Shown piece by piece: positions 47,401 through 61,500 of a stretch of DNA of 64,000 nucleotides. Source of the stretch: Klebsormidium nitens (lineage: Eukaryota > Plantae > Klebsormidiophyceae); the NCBI GenBank assembly GCA_000708835.1, contig DF237107.1, positions 101,479-165,478 on the forward strand, written 5' to 3'. The notes under the pieces were generated by a model. It had not been told where the DNA came from and did no database searches. It saw only the letters and a list, made by a program, of their open reading frames with translations. Every line of letters begins with the position of its first letter. Positions within the stretch are counted from its first letter, which is position 1. The translations under genes and the position numbers were made by a program.

Positions 47401-49273
47401 CTGCATGGGCGAATATAAGTATGCAGACACCGTTATGCGTTTAGATTGAGGAGAGAAGTCTGGAGTGGGAGATGCCTAGCATGATGTTGACATGTTGGCG
47501 GGTCGACCGGCCTGGCTAACGACACTATTTGGGAAATACCTGTCTCCCAGTGACAGTATTCAAGTCCGGCGGTAGGCGCCATGACTCCGAAGGTAACATT
47601 CACCAGGAAAGAGTGCCGCCTTCTCTGCCCTTGATTACAGACCCACAATGGCGCTGTCTCTAGATAGACAGTCCCAAAATTACAACCGAGCTCCAGCAGA
47701 ACCGATAGCATACCAGTCGCCGAGCCTCCCGCTCATTTCTCCTCTGCTCGCGCCTGCCCCCAGTTCCTGCCTGATAGTACTCGCCGTCTTCCCCCTCCCC
47801 TTCCTCGTTCTCCCCTTCGTCTTGGTTGGCAGCCCCCGCTGCAACAAAAAAAGAGCCTTGAGAAGCTTGCTCGTCAAGGATAATGAGTGACCTGATCTAC
47901 TTTCAAGAAGCTGCCAACTCCTCTTCAGTGAAGTTGAGAAGAAACGAGTACCCGAAAAGAAGAGAAGCTCGCCGAAGAAAGCATAATGGACCAGCGGCGT
48001 GAGAAGCTGCGCTTGACCAGATGTATTCAAGGTAAGGCTTTTCTTTCTTTCAAAGAAAGCGACGTCCGTTCACGTATCAAAGTCACGCAGCGATCGAGGA
48101 TCTCAGCATGCGTCTAGACAACTTAAACAAGTGCCTGGCATTCCGTACTGTTAGGAGTGGACAAGCAAGGAGGGAAGCCATTACAGTAAAAGTAACTCTG
48201 ATTTGCCAATCTTGCAGCCAACGTCTTCGATTCTGATTCCACGCCGCAAGCAATGCAAGCCTCCAGAAAACGCATCGGCACCCCGTAAAAACCTTGCAGA
48301 CGCACCTGACTTTCTGCACTTCGCACAGAGACTCCTTGACTCTCCTCCAGCTTCACTTTCTCCCGAGCGCTCTTGTATCAACACCGTTCACCCTGGACAC
48401 GGCATCCCAGGCTGAGACTTGCCAAAGAGAGTGTGAACGCACACCTGGTTCCGGTGCAGCAGCCGCAGCCTGAGCGCCACGCCGCCGTCGCATCCGACCG
48501 GCTCCTCCCCGCGGCCCCGCTCGGGGCCCCTGCTGATGGTTCTCCTCTTCCTGCACAGACAAACAACTCACATAAGAGTCAAACGCATGTAAGTGGAACA
48601 CATTAGGGCAAATATATGAAGATGTGAAGACTGCTGAAAACGGGGCTGCTCTGTGCAATCGCGAGTGGTGTAGGAGAAGGACACTTTAAAGCTGGCGTAA
48701 GTGTCCTACTTTTCTAAAAGCAGGTGGTGGGAGTCGAGCTTGCATTTGGTGTGACGTAGTGCAGGGACTGAAACTTAGTGTATGGGCGAAACTCTGCCAC
48801 TTGCAATAAGATGCTGGCTGCAACCTTGTCCTTCCCGAACAGGGCAGGATTCTCAGTGGTTCCAGACTTTTGCTTTGACAATATTGAAGACCCAATTCAA
48901 GAGCACACAAAGCTAAAGCAGTGTAGCGACAGACACGCTTGAAGGGATACGAGCATTGGAGAGTAGGGCAAAAGGGCATATGACAGCATTTTGATTTGTG
49001 AGCTCTGACAGACATGGTTGACAGTTAAACTGAGACTGACACTTTGAAACTTGCAATATGCAGCCAGAAGCACGGCATCATGTCCTGAACCAAAGGAGCA
49101 ATCCGAAAACTCGGAACGTAGAGAACTTCAGGGCGCCATACCTTCTCATTTTCCTCAGTGCTTGCTCCATCTTTCTTTCCAGCGCTCGGGCTTAGAAAGT
49201 AGATAGCTGCAGCACAAGCAGCTAGCAACAAACTCAAGCACAGCAGCGCGATGGCCTCGATTGGCAGCGCCAT
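44497..49273 (-). CDS. DDRGK1: DDRGK domain-containing protein 1 (UFBP1, ER UFMylation scaffold); complement join(44497..44690,45056..45092,45842..45898,46470..46631,47218..47319,47714..47838,48445..48550,49142..49273), ~304 aa
   Basis: N-terminal membrane anchor, charged coiled region, EFVEYIKKHKTVVLEELASEFGLRTQ, GRITGVMDERGKFIFISPEEM, GRVSIAHLANKSNEFIDL. Confidence 0.93.
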
Positions 49274-49951
49274 GGCGGCTTCCCGATTCGATCTTTCTTC
49301 CGAGCATGTGATCTCCGATCCGAATCGAGTCAAATGCCACCCCCATATGCAAGCGACGGTCACAACGCCGCGAGCCTGGGCCTGTCCTCCTTCATTTTCA
49401 CCGTCCGATACAAGCTTTTCGAGCTCGGCGGCTGAGACTCAGTGAGAGGTTCTGATCGCAGAGCCGTCCGATTATCGGGTTCGTCGACAAGTTGGTGGAT
49501 GTGGCACTGACCAACGCGCGCACAGTCATGCCGCCACGCCCTTACAGACGGCGCATTACATCGCCATGCTTCGAACAACTGCAATGTGATATGGATCAAA
49601 TCCGCATTGTATATACGTAGCCGTGTCTGAAAAGTATTCTAGAGCTCCATCAGGGTCCATCCAATCGGATTCTAGCCCAACAATCATCAACTTTACCGGG
49701 CATACTGCAAAATGCACGTTACAATCTGCAAGGCTCACATGCTAATGAATCCCTCGAGACTCTCACTTGCAAAGGAAGCCGCCAAAGCGACATGAAACTC
49801 TCTGAACTTGTTTGCAGCGAGCGACCTCGAGTGGCTAGCTCAACAGTTGCATGCCCTTGTACAAGGAAAGTCCGACAAAGCCATCCAACCCGCTTCAAGA
49901 AACACGGCTGTTTTGAAAACTCTGGCACATTGAGTTTGCACGAGACTGCTC

Positions 49952-52900
49952 TTAGTGCTTCAGCAGCCGCAATACGTCGCCCACAAGATGGAGTGAACCC
50001 GACACTAGGACCTGCACCACAAAACGTGCCTTAGTGAGCAACGAGCCGCAGGACAGCAAACAATCAAGCATCGCCTTCTGGGGAAAACATGACAGTCTTG
50101 TGCGACAGCTTTGTTGGTCAACAAGTTCGTACACAACTGCGTGCAACAATTGCACTGGCACCTGTATTCACGAAAAACCCAAACCAAAACGGCACTCGAT
50201 CAAGTTTTCTGAGGAGCAGTCTGACTCAAGATGCTCTAATTGGGCACGAGCGATGCCGTAAGGAATCCAATCAGGGAGCCCTAAGAGCGTTAAGTTGTGT
50301 CATTGTGCCCAGTATTGAGCTTTGGGCAATTTTTCAACATGCAACAGTCATCAGAACGTGGGTGCAGTGGTCTCTTTTGCCGGAGCTTCTGCCGGAAGAG
50401 TCAAGTAGACTTGAAGAACGAGGAATGGCCGTTGCTAAACCAACAACTTCAGTAATCAAGTGCCGACCCCCTTTCAAATACTTGGAATACGAAACCCCCT
50501 TGATCATCTAGACTCCGACACAATGACGAACCTGCAATCTGCCCGGGGGCTGCTCCCGAGCGGCCTTCCGGAGCCATTCGAGCGCCGCCGGCAGCGACGG
50601 CATCACGAACCCGGACCCGTCCCAGCTGACGTCACCATCCCTCGCACTAGCAACATGAGACCCGTTTCGGTCTGGTTGCTCCGCCGCGCCAGCCGGAGCG
50701 GTGGGAGGAACCGGGTTAGGCTTGCGGTTAAGGGTGGGGCCCAGTTTGTGGAGGATGGACGTCCAGGTTTGGAGCTGGGTTTGCTGCCAGGTTAAGTCGG
50801 GGGTGGAACTGAGGGTGGTTATGGAGGTGGAGCTGGAGAAGCTGGGGACGAAAATGGCACGGTGGAAAGAAACTCCTGCAGCAGCAAGAAATGTCATCAA
50901 AAACACGGTTTACGCAACGGCTAATGACAATCCTCATTGTGATTATACCTGTATTTTTTTGTGAGCCTTGTAGCAGCAACAACTGTTCGTCGTGCGAAAG
51001 AAAGGCCAAGGACAGTGACGGCATCGTCAGAGAGCAGACAGTCAGACCACAAGAAGCGAGTCTCTGAAAGTCTCCGGTACAGCTCTGGTACAACTTCCAG
51101 CTGACTAAGAGGGGTCCAACAGAATTGCAGGGTGTGGATTACATACCTTTGCCGTGCGCTATTCGTATGAGGGGGTCCAGCAGCTTGACGGGCTCTCGCT
51201 CCTGCATGCAGTTGAACAACAGCACCCTTCGAACGTTCAAGCCCTCCGAACCTAACCCCGTCCGATCCGTCCGCCCATCTCTCTCTTCCCCGTTAACCCG
51301 CTCCAAGTCCGCGGCTAACCCAAGTCCGTTTTGCAAACCCGGTCGCTCAGCCGCCTCCCCACTTCCTTCCGGGGGGTCCTGATGACCGACTTTCTGTCCC
51401 CCCTCAGAGGTCTCCGCTGTTTCCGCACCCCCGGCAACACTTTCGCAGAACCACGTGGCACAGACCTCCATGCTCTCGGGGGTATGGGCGCCGTCTAAGT
51501 AGAACATGAGGGAGCCCTGGGGGGATTCACCCGGCGCCTGAATTTCCGTGTCGGGCATGATCTGAGCGCGCCCGGGCCACTCCACCGAGGCGAGGCCCCG
51601 TCGGAAGGAGTCGGGGAGTCGTTTTCGTTGCATCGCCTGGTAAGAACGCTAGCGACTTGAGTTCGAAAAAAGGTGAAATGTCACGCTCTGTAGGCTTGGC
51701 AGAAGCGCACTCGTGATGTCATGGTTGCATGTGCGCTGCTGCAGGTATGCTAAAGTTGGCCCCTCTGTTGAGCAGTCGGTCCGGGCTTTTCGCATCGTCT
51801 GGTCTGTCCCAAGCTTACGTTTCGTAAATTGAACGGCTCGAGTCCAATAATTCTTTGACCTAGATTGCATGGTGTACTATTGGCAACGCACGAAAAGAAG
51901 ATGACTCAACGGGACCCTGCTGCTTTGCTCTTCTAAGGAGCGCTTGCTTGGGGAGACAGTCACGTTAGGCAAACGGGTTCTCAAGCTTAGGTTCGCTCAA
52001 GCAATCCCAGACTGTGCGTGGAGCTATGGTCGTAAAAGGCAAAGCGAGGAAAGTGAGCTTGCGCGCCGGAAGGTTTTGTGAATCGCACCTGTCTCAAGTT
52101 GTCCAGCTGCGCCGTCGGTCCCGCCCGCTCGGTCCAGGCTCGACACAGGGCGACCGCCAAAGCTGCGTTGATGCGCTGGTGGTCGCCGGCGAGGCCGAGC
52201 GAAATAGCCGAGGGGTCTTCAAGGCTCTCCAAAGGCGGCGCAACGTCTAGAGAAATCTGAACGGAGGGAGACACGTCAGTAAGTTTTCGAATACTCAGGA
52301 ACAATATGAGGGGGCAAAGGCAGTATGTAAGAACACACGTAAGCAAGCTGAAGTGTACGCATTAGCATTTTGATGAGAAGACGCTTCAGCAAGGGTGGGA
52401 CGATCGTCAGCAGCTACTTCCTTGCACCATACAAAAAGAAGTCTGCTTGACTTCCTATTCGTATTCTGCTGGGCAGAGTCCAGCTGAATGAACTAATATC
52501 GCAGATCAAAGGGAAGAGGTGCGCCAGCTCTCAGTATCTTCGTCTACGCAGCCTCAGGAATGACAAAGCTAGAAAGACTTGCAAACCTTCTTCGGAGACA
52601 ACCGAAGGGTATTGACGGGAAGCGGCGTGCCTACCTGCAACTCGTCGGCCCGCTTCTGCAAAGCTTCCATCGCATCGTCTGGCTGGGGGGCGGTGATGGC
52701 GGGGACACGTGGCTGCACAAGAGGGCCGAAAAATGGAGATCAACGGTCGGGATGAATGGGACGGAAGCTATTCTTGGCTTACAAAGCAGCAGAGTTCCTC
52801 AAGTTGCTGTGTTGATGCGTCTTCTCGTTAAAAAGAGATATTAGCTTTGCGAGGTCACACGATTCTTCATAGACACGAAATTACCGAAAGCACCGTCTGA

Positions 52901-55900
52901 GATGGGAAAAGAGGCCGGCGACCCTACCTTGAAGATACCCGCCTTTTCGGCAGCGATCAACGGCAGCGTGTCGCCTGCGGGCATCAAAAGGTTCCGGGCT
53001 CAGATGGGTCGGACGGGCTTCTTGGGGAATGAAGGCAGTAGGATTCCAAGCACAGAACTAGACTCCAACGTAGCCAGCGCGTCTTTGAGTGGTAGCTCTA
53101 CGTCAGGCTAAGCGCATGCACCTTCAATTCGCACGTATTCCATCTCGAGGCCGGACGGTCAGGAACTTCTTCAGCTTTGAGATCATTTAGTCGCCTGGTT
53201 TAACAGAGCGCAGTAGACAAACAGGAGATACTCTGAAGGACTCAGCGGGGCATCGACAATGATCCACTGCAGTGATCCAGACTCACGCTCCTTGGAACAC
53301 GTTGAGTTGGTCTCATGGTGAAGCGGACGGCCGAAACAAACGACGACTGCCTGCTTAATCCGTTCGACGGACGGATGAGGCTGAACTTGGGACCAAAAGC
53401 GCAAGGAGGGAAGGAACGGAAAACGACGAGCGTGTCGCTCACCTAGCAACTCCGTATGGTCATAACCCAAGGAGGCGACTCCGCAGACCACGGGCGCTCT
53501 AACCTGGAGCAAAAGGGGCAGGTACCTTGAGCCGAGCTGATACGAAGCTACGTCTTGCTACTTCATCAGATTAACAGCGCTCTGATTCGAAAGTTTGGGT
53601 TAAATTTCTGTTGAAACTCCGGGTCTCTGAACAGCACAGAGAAAGTCCTGTGCCTCAGTCCGTGAGGAGCTACTCCTTCTTGCAGGAACAGGGAAGATCC
53701 CATAAGTAAGCGCCTCTACTTTGTCCTGATTAACCTAGTACTCAGGTATTTGCGTAGCTGCAATTGTCTCTGGCCAACCCAACGGGTGCACTAGACTCAT
53801 CCAAGGAACAGTGCTAAGTTACTAGTTGTCAATCTTTGGGGCCGACGAAAGTCAGCCCTAATGAAAGGTCAACCTGATCTAATCATGACAAGGAACCGAA
53901 GCGGATTGACACTACCACGGCTTACTCACGACGTTAGTGGCGTCGTATCGGCCTCCAATGCCCACCTCGAGAAGAGCAACGTCTACCTGCAACATGAGAC
54001 TGTCAGCTCACGAATTTTCAAATACTCTCAGGAGGAGCCCTTTAGAACCTAGAATTGGTGTCGGGATGTCTAATGCATCCTGCATCTATACATGTAAATA
54101 CTTGATGAGAACCGTTCAAGTAGAAGAAACATTCAGAGCGAGGGATGTGAGCCTCCGGATGGAAAATTCGCCAGCAGGCGGAACATGGAGACTGGCACCC
54201 GCAGAAGGACTGCGGCCAACGGAGAAAGTCCGTTCCTTTCTTACCACTCCCTACTCACCTCTAGTTGCTGTGTTTCCTGCACGGACCGTTTCTCTCTATT
54301 CCTCAGCGCGCTTGCAAATTCCCGTTAAAGTACACCCTCATACTCGCCCTTTCAGATGCACCGAACATCCCCCCTCACCTTTTCCGCAATGAATATGCGA
54401 AGCGCGAGCAGGGTGAGGAAGCGAAAATAGGCGGGGAGGGGCACGTCGGGGGTCGCCGCCGCCTGGAAACGGTCCCAGCACCACCAAAAGTGTTCCAGAA
54501 AGACGTCCTTGGGCACCAGCTCACTGCACATCGTTCTCAAGACAGAAGATGAGTAGACAAGCTTATCAAGAGCCTTGACTGATAGCGGGATTATTGACAC
54601 GGAATGTTACCGGCTCTGCACGCATGACCACCTCCGCACGCATGACCACCTCCAAACCTCTTGACCACCAAAGTCACCCTACCCTATGGTCGTGGCATTA
54701 TGCGCAAGGAGAGTCAGACCGACTCGTAGGGGCCTTGATCCTTTAAGGACACACCAGCAAAGTGTCTGGAACTTGATCGACTTGGTGCGTTCTGAAGGGA
54801 AGTACCGCTGGTCGCATCTAATAGAAACATCAGTTTGGGAATGCAGGGGGCTTCGAGTCGTTCCCGACAGCTCGTCCAGAATAACGGGTAAGTGCGGACC
54901 GAGTGGGTGGATCTTTGTCGAGGCAGGTGGCAGCTGCCGACAGTCGAGAAGAGCGCTTTCAAACACTTTCGAAGACTTCGTCCATCAGGTTTGACGACTG
55001 AGCGTGGGTGTTGAAAAAGTCGGTGTCTGCCGTTGTGACAGGACCGGTTCGGGATTGCCCACCGAACAGCAACCGCTGTTTGCTTGTCAATATATTAACG
55101 TGTATCAGGTATTATTCGACCTCCGAATAAAGATTCAAGTGTCAAAGATTCGGCCCGCATGTTCCTGGTTAAAAGAGTCCCAACCGAACAGGTGAACAGC
55201 CTCACCCCCGAATCCGGAACCTCTCTCTGACGTCCACCAAATGCGGGGATGTGAACATGCCCGTCTTGTTGCCGGAGTGACGCAATATACTCTCGGCGAA
55301 GGCGCATGTGGATCCCTGCAAACTCAAAGCCCTTGTCTTTATCACAAAAAGATTCCACAGAGATACGTAAAAAGTGAGGACTCGTCTTGCCTGTGAAGAC
55401 CAAAAACGGGCTGTATAGGGGGGTCTCAAGCTGAGGTAGACGCATGAGTCCTGCTCAGAAGATTGCCAGGGCCAGCATTCATTGACGACTTCCTTAGTCC
55501 AGTAACTTGTAAATGCTGATGTACATGCTTGTCCTAAGCCACCAGCAGGATCTTATAGCGATCGGTCTATTCGTCTAAATGCGCACCACAGGTCCATGTT
55601 TGGGGGGTCTGTCAAAATTGCACAACTAGATAAAGCTGCTGACAATGGCATCCGGACAGGGCCCCAGGGATGGTGATGATCAGACTGACAAAAAATCCAG
55701 GTACTAGATAGTTCTGATTAGACATACCCTTGCCTAATGGACAGCTACATATAAGAGCTCACCTTCCCCTTCGTTCCCGCTACATGTATGACGCTTAGCC
55801 TGCTGAGGGGCTCCTCTAGGTCTAGGATCTGCACAAAATAGAAGTCAAAATGAATCGACCGTCAACTTCTCACATGTCTTGACTAGCGTCGATCCTTATC

Positions 55901-56765
55901 TGTGCAGGCAGTCATGCTGGCCAGATTGAATAGTCAGCCAGGAGCAGTCTGTCAAGTGCTCAACTTGATTGCCTCCCCCTTTTCTTTGCAGAGGGTGCAC
56001 TTAGCACTGGAACTGGCAAGTCAGGTGGGCCATGCATTACTTTAACAAATCTAAACTCAACTCCTTTCTTAGATGACCATTTGATCGTGGAACAGTGTGT
56101 ACAGACGCTTCACATCGGCTCAGATTGACTACATAATTGGATTTGACAACTCTGTGCCACCACTCTCCTCCCAAGACTATTCCACAATCACCGAGAGTAA
56201 GGGAAGTAACGCTGATTAAATGACTTTGATCACGCACACTGGTCACAGCGAAGTGCTCCGAGCATACAATCACAGTTGACAAGAGCAAAACCAAGAGAGG
56301 CAAGGGGCATTGGGATTTTGGAGAACATAGCACGTCCTTTTTTCAAGCAATGGTGGAATAAGATGTCTTCGTAGTGAAATGATGCAACTGACCAGCCAGG
56401 GAAAGTGAGTCTGCTGTCAAAGTTTACTTGAAAGCACAGACTACTTCCAACTCATCTAGGAGGAGTTTTTCAACAGCTCAAAAGACAGCATTACACAAAA
56501 TCAGTGTACAACAAGCCCCTTGACTTTTCACCACCCTTGGTTTGCTTGAAAAGCGCAACTCTCACTAAACCGCGGATATAGCAAAACCTAAACTAAGTTC
56601 ACCAGAAGAAAGCAGTGTTGGACATCACACCTTGATGTAAGTGTCCATTAAAGCGAATGCGTCGCCCCAGTTGGATCCATCGGCCCGCTTCCTCCTTGTG
56701 ATCAGCGAAGAGATGGCCTCCAGCGCCGCTTCGAACCCCCGCTCTTCTGAAGAGGACCCCGCCAT
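49952..56765 (-). CDS. FPGS: Folylpolyglutamate synthase; complement join(49952..50011,50532..50875,51147..51636,52089..52256,52635..52712,52928..52974,53443..53503,53930..53986,54379..54523,55206..55315,55763..55828,56631..56765), ~586 aa
   Basis: HVAGTKGK|GS P-loop, [76 protein letters not shown]. No in-frame upstream ATG, so probably a cytosolic form. Confidence 0.95.
54618..54653. repeat. Perfect 18-bp tandem duplication in FPGS intron 3
   Basis: (GCACGCATGACCACCTCC)x2. Confidence 0.85.
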
Positions 56766-57548
56766 TGCTTCGTTTGTGCTTCTCACAATCCTTACTTTTT
56801 CAACTCGTGATCTAGGCGCTTCTTTCCACGCCGTCTAGCAAAGATGTTCCTTGGAGCCACGTGTACTTGATTGCCCTTGGTCAGATCCACGTAACCACAA
56901 TAGGAGACAGGCAAACCCCTCCGTTCAAGGAGTTGCAGTTCACAGATGTCAGCACAAACGGATAGCGCACTTGGTGCTCCCCTCAAAGTCCACAAATGTT
57001 CTAGCTAGGCAGAGCTGCATTGCGCATTGCAAGCCCTGAAACTTGAAGGCGAAACAATGGGCGATGACCGTTTCCAAGCAAAGCTTGTCGGAAGACGCAC
57101 GGTAACGATTGCTTAGCCCGTTAACGTTGCACCTTACACGTGTCGTTACACGATTAGCTGATACTTCAACATTTGCAACTAGGTAGCACAGAAAACGAAA
57201 TTGCTTGCCTGGAGGATGCTTTCTCTGATCTCATGCTTTCTCATGCATGTCATAGAAGTTCAATTCCAAAGCCAATGGCGTCCTTGCATAAACAATGCTG
57301 ATACTCGTAATATCGTGCTGATCAAGCACTTGTTGTCAGAAGACCTGGCGACGGCATCAAGATGGCGAGTCCGATGGAGATTGCATCTCTGTTGCAACGG
57401 CCCCGAGGGATCCAGGAATGGTGGAATGAAGTAGAGGAGTCAATGCACGTAAGGGTCTTCAGTTCCTTGTTTCCCCATAAACCCACACTGGGATAGATCT
57501 TAGGTAGAGGGGAGACATTTTGTGGAGCGCAAATTGACATTCTGGCCA

Positions 57549-57599
57549 GTATAGTCCGCAACTCACTGGCAATTGCTTGTTGTATAGTCCGCAACTCAC
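57549..57599. repeat. 18-bp direct repeat at 33-bp spacing in the FPGS/SGNH divergent intergenic region
   Basis: GTATAGTCCGCAACTCAC at 57549 and 57582. Confidence 0.8.
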
Positions 57600-58560
57600 A
57601 TGAGCAGTAAATTGCTTCAAGATGATCCCTTTCACAACGGACTGAAGGATCAGTGAGTCTTGGAGGGAAACCAGAAATGCAGCATCACAAGGAGTGTTGT
57701 ACGATAAAAATTGCTGCTTTGCCCAATTGAACAGAGCAGAGCAGATGGACTTCCTCAGCTTTAGATTCTGATGCAAGTGGATCAGAGTTTGTTGCCAAAC
57801 CCCATTGTGAACTCTTATGTTTCTTGTCATGTCTTCACATTGGCAAGAGCAATTCAGTTGAATTTAGATATCAGCTAAACAGCTGCTCCCACCAATGACA
57901 TCTGAGCACGTCTGCTCAGTCTGTCAAAGCTGCTACAGGAGTATATTGGCCACATTAATATTTTTAAGATACAGTGTACCGCAACAGCCTGGGACAAGAT
58001 TCTGAAAGAAACAAAGAAGTTGCCCCCCTAGGTTTTGCACCATCATTCATGCATCAAGTCAAGAGGGTATGGGGCAAACCGGTCAGGTCTTACTCACTTA
58101 ATTGGAACAATATTGACTCGAAATTTGAATACCAAACAGGGACTGAAGACAGAAAACTGACAAGATTGCCTCTTGCGCAGTTTGCCCGTGCACGACCTGA
58201 CTTTCAGAAGAATGTGCAGGTAATTCTTTCTAGCCTTTTCCATATTTAGTTCCAGGATAAACTTATCAGTAGATCAAGATGGGAACACGTAGTCTTTTTC
58301 CGCCGCATTTTGACATCAGCAGTGCTTCTCGCGCTTCATAAGACAGAATTCAGTAAGCAGTCTTTTATCCCCTGATTGAAGACGACAATCATGTGCCCTC
58401 ACCATTTCTCGCCTAGCCTTCCATGACCCCCTCGTGTTTCTCTACATCTTGCAGACAGAGCTGTATAGCTTTGCTGCAGACCCCACTTGTGCCCAAGCAA
58501 AGTCTTCACCCCTGCTCCTTAAGCTGTTCAAAGGCTCTTATTGCCCCTCTTTCTCTGGAC

Positions 58561-61500
58561 ATGCATGAGAGTTTTAAATCCTTTTCCCCATTCTCACAGA
58601 AACTGGTGACCACAGCCACATTTACTGTCTTGGTCCTCTTTGCGGGGGCGCTGCTTCTGCTGCGGCACGCCCCGCTCACCGGCGAACAGATTCTGGTCAA
58701 AGTCGGGCCAGAAGAGTATGGGCCGACAGAGGACTGGCCTCCTTTCGTAGAGGAGCGGATACAGCGACCAGACTGGAGCGGGAGGCACCAACGGCTGGTT
58801 CAAGAAGCAAAAAACGGCGAGTTTGATCTCTTGTACCTAGGGGACTCGATCACAGAGGTGAGCTTGTGAGTCACGTTGAATGTATTGTTTACGATGTGTC
58901 GTTGTAATGTGGTCGCGCTTTGATCTGGGAGGTTAAGCGAGAATTTTGTGGCATGAAATGTAGGGCAGGCAATCGGTTTTTCTGACGATCTATGCGCAGA
59001 GCTGGCCACTCTTCATGGAATCGTTGGCAGGAGAGTGCAGACTTGCCCCGACATTGGTGTCATTCCCAAATCGACGAATTGTTTTGAATTCGGAAAATTG
59101 CTCAAGTTGTCGCGAAGATGATCCAATCAAGGTGGGGGTCTGCGGCAACAGATCGGAGTCGCATGCTCTCCCAGCGGCCCTGTAGCTCTCGAATGGTAGA
59201 AGACATTGCAGCGGTTCCGAACTGTACGACAGGAAACTCTGAGGAGTCCGCTGTCTTTTGTTTCACACTCGGGGTCACATTGTATGCTTATTTGGGACCC
59301 TCAAACCATCAAGGCCAGCTGAAAGTACTCTGGGAAAGCTCGCGAAACAATACGGGCCTCGCACAACGGCGATTACCTAATTCGTTTCTAATCTTCGTCA
59401 CAGGGATGGGTGGGGACCAGTGTGGACCGACCCATGGAGAAGTATGAAGGCAACAAGTGAGTGTTGGTTTGGACGGCTCCGTATGTTGCTTGCTTATATG
59501 GTTCACAACAGTTGAGTGTCACGGGGATGTTTGTTGACACGTGAGGAATTTGACACCTGTCTATGTACAGGCCTAGACAGTCCTTGCACTTTTCGGAGCG
59601 CTTCCGGTCGCACCATAAGCCTTTCTATTGAGTCCTGATTCCGAGTGCCGCGTGGCAGGCAGACTTGGGACGAATTGAACCGGGAGCTGGGAGTGAGCGC
59701 GGCCGACTTCGGCATCGCGGGGGACAGGGTCCTGCATCTTCTGTGGCGGATGCAAGTAAGCTTCGAGATCAGATTTGCATTGATTGTTGTCCAGCAAGAC
59801 ATATCGGCCTCCATATGAATCTCGTCATGCCAGAGCTTGATAACGACTCTCAGAGTCAGCTGGCTTGAAGTGGGCGTTCTGTTCCGCCGAACGCCGGACG
59901 TCCAAGGTTAGCGGAAGGGGGTCTCACGCAAATTTGAGCGATAATTGCGAACGCCAAGTGCCGGGTTTCGTGCCGATTACCAGCGCAGCGACGGCTGCAG
60001 TCCTGGCTCAAGTTCAACTACATCGGATCAGTCGCCGTGACGTGACGTCAGTGCTGACACTTTGAAACGCCCACTTTAACGAATGTTTGGTGAAGCCACA
60101 ACATTCCCCGAGTCCGGCACTCTCCGATTCGGGCACTCTGTGCAACCTTGTGAAGCCAAACCTCAAATGGGAATCCCAAATTCAGCCGGCTGACGAAGGT
60201 TTGGTCAGCTGCAAAACTTGCGGTTTGCTTGCCGGAGTTTGAGCTACCTTGGCATGGGAAGCTTTCAGGCGGCGGCGGTCAGTTCGAAGAGTCGTCGGGG
60301 CAGACCTCTAAGCCCTCTCTTTTGTTTGTGCAGAACGGAGAGCTGCCGGCGAGAACGCCTAAGGTGCTCATTCTGTGCATAGGGGTCAACGATTTGGGGA
60401 GCGGCCAATCGGTCGACGATACCTTTGAGCATGTGAGGTCCTTCTGAACTTCTATCCTTGCGCTTGTCACGAAGGAGATGACTACTTTTATGCGCTAGCA
60501 CAATCGGGGTGTCCTTCACAGAACAAGTGTGCTCTTTTGAGGCAGCTGAGTAATGCTGCCTGAATTCGTCGTACTCTTGTAAGTGCCGCAGTCTCCGGGA
60601 TTAGGCTTCCTCAGCCTCTTGTGTTGGTCCATGGAATTGTTCATTGGAATCGTCGAGCTCTTTCCTGTATGGGCTCCTGACATTCTTACGACGCGCTCGC
60701 CCTTCGTGCGCACTGCAAGCGCGACCTTGAAAGGCGTCGTTAGTCGCTTCTTGTGCGTCCGTTTGGCGGGATTCCCTTGTGTGCCTTAACGAGTGTGTCT
60801 CGTCTGCCTGTTTTCAGATGAAGCGGCTTCTTGGCTTCTTCGAGACGAGGACGCCGGAGATGGGCATCGCGCTTCTGTCCGTCCTTCCGTCGGTAAGTTC
60901 TGCTTGGAGTAATGGGAACCGACCTAAGTTTAGCTCAGATGGATTCTCTAGCACTTGCGATGAAGAAGGCTTACTGGAAAGGCAGACCTGCGAATGCCCC
61001 CTCAGCTGTCCATGTTGGGCAAGGGTGTACTGGGGCAAAGGTGTGATTGACGCTGCAAATGATATCCGGCAATCCTTCTCGAATCTCATCATCGTCCAAC
61101 ACATATATGGAGTAGACAAGCGTTCTTCGATAACTTCGATGAGATCTGCCTGTGTATTCTGAACAGCTGTCTAGATTTTAGGTTGTCGACAGTTGGTAGG
61201 CAAGACAGTCTGAATGGCGTGCCAATGCCTATGCGAGCTGAAGCTAGGTTGAGAACGGACTCATCGCAGCGTTCGGCTGCCTTATGCTGAAGTGACACAA
61301 TTGCTAAATCAGCAAGCGCACTCCTTACCCCAATGTCAAACGTTTGCCCGCCATTGCAGGCATACGGCGTACCGACGGGTGCGCGGCACGAGGGGCCCGG
61401 GCAACTAAATAAGAAGCTCAAAAAGCTCGACGGTACGTGGACTCAATGTCTGACGTACCCCAGGTTCCGCAGCTTTCAGTCAGCCAGTCAGCCTAAGGGT

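Noticed and set aside
54660-54845. Fragments resembling FPGS exon 4 (accaccaaaagt; PKLMFL versus PKDVFL)
   Set aside because: Scattered short matches without a colinear alignment.
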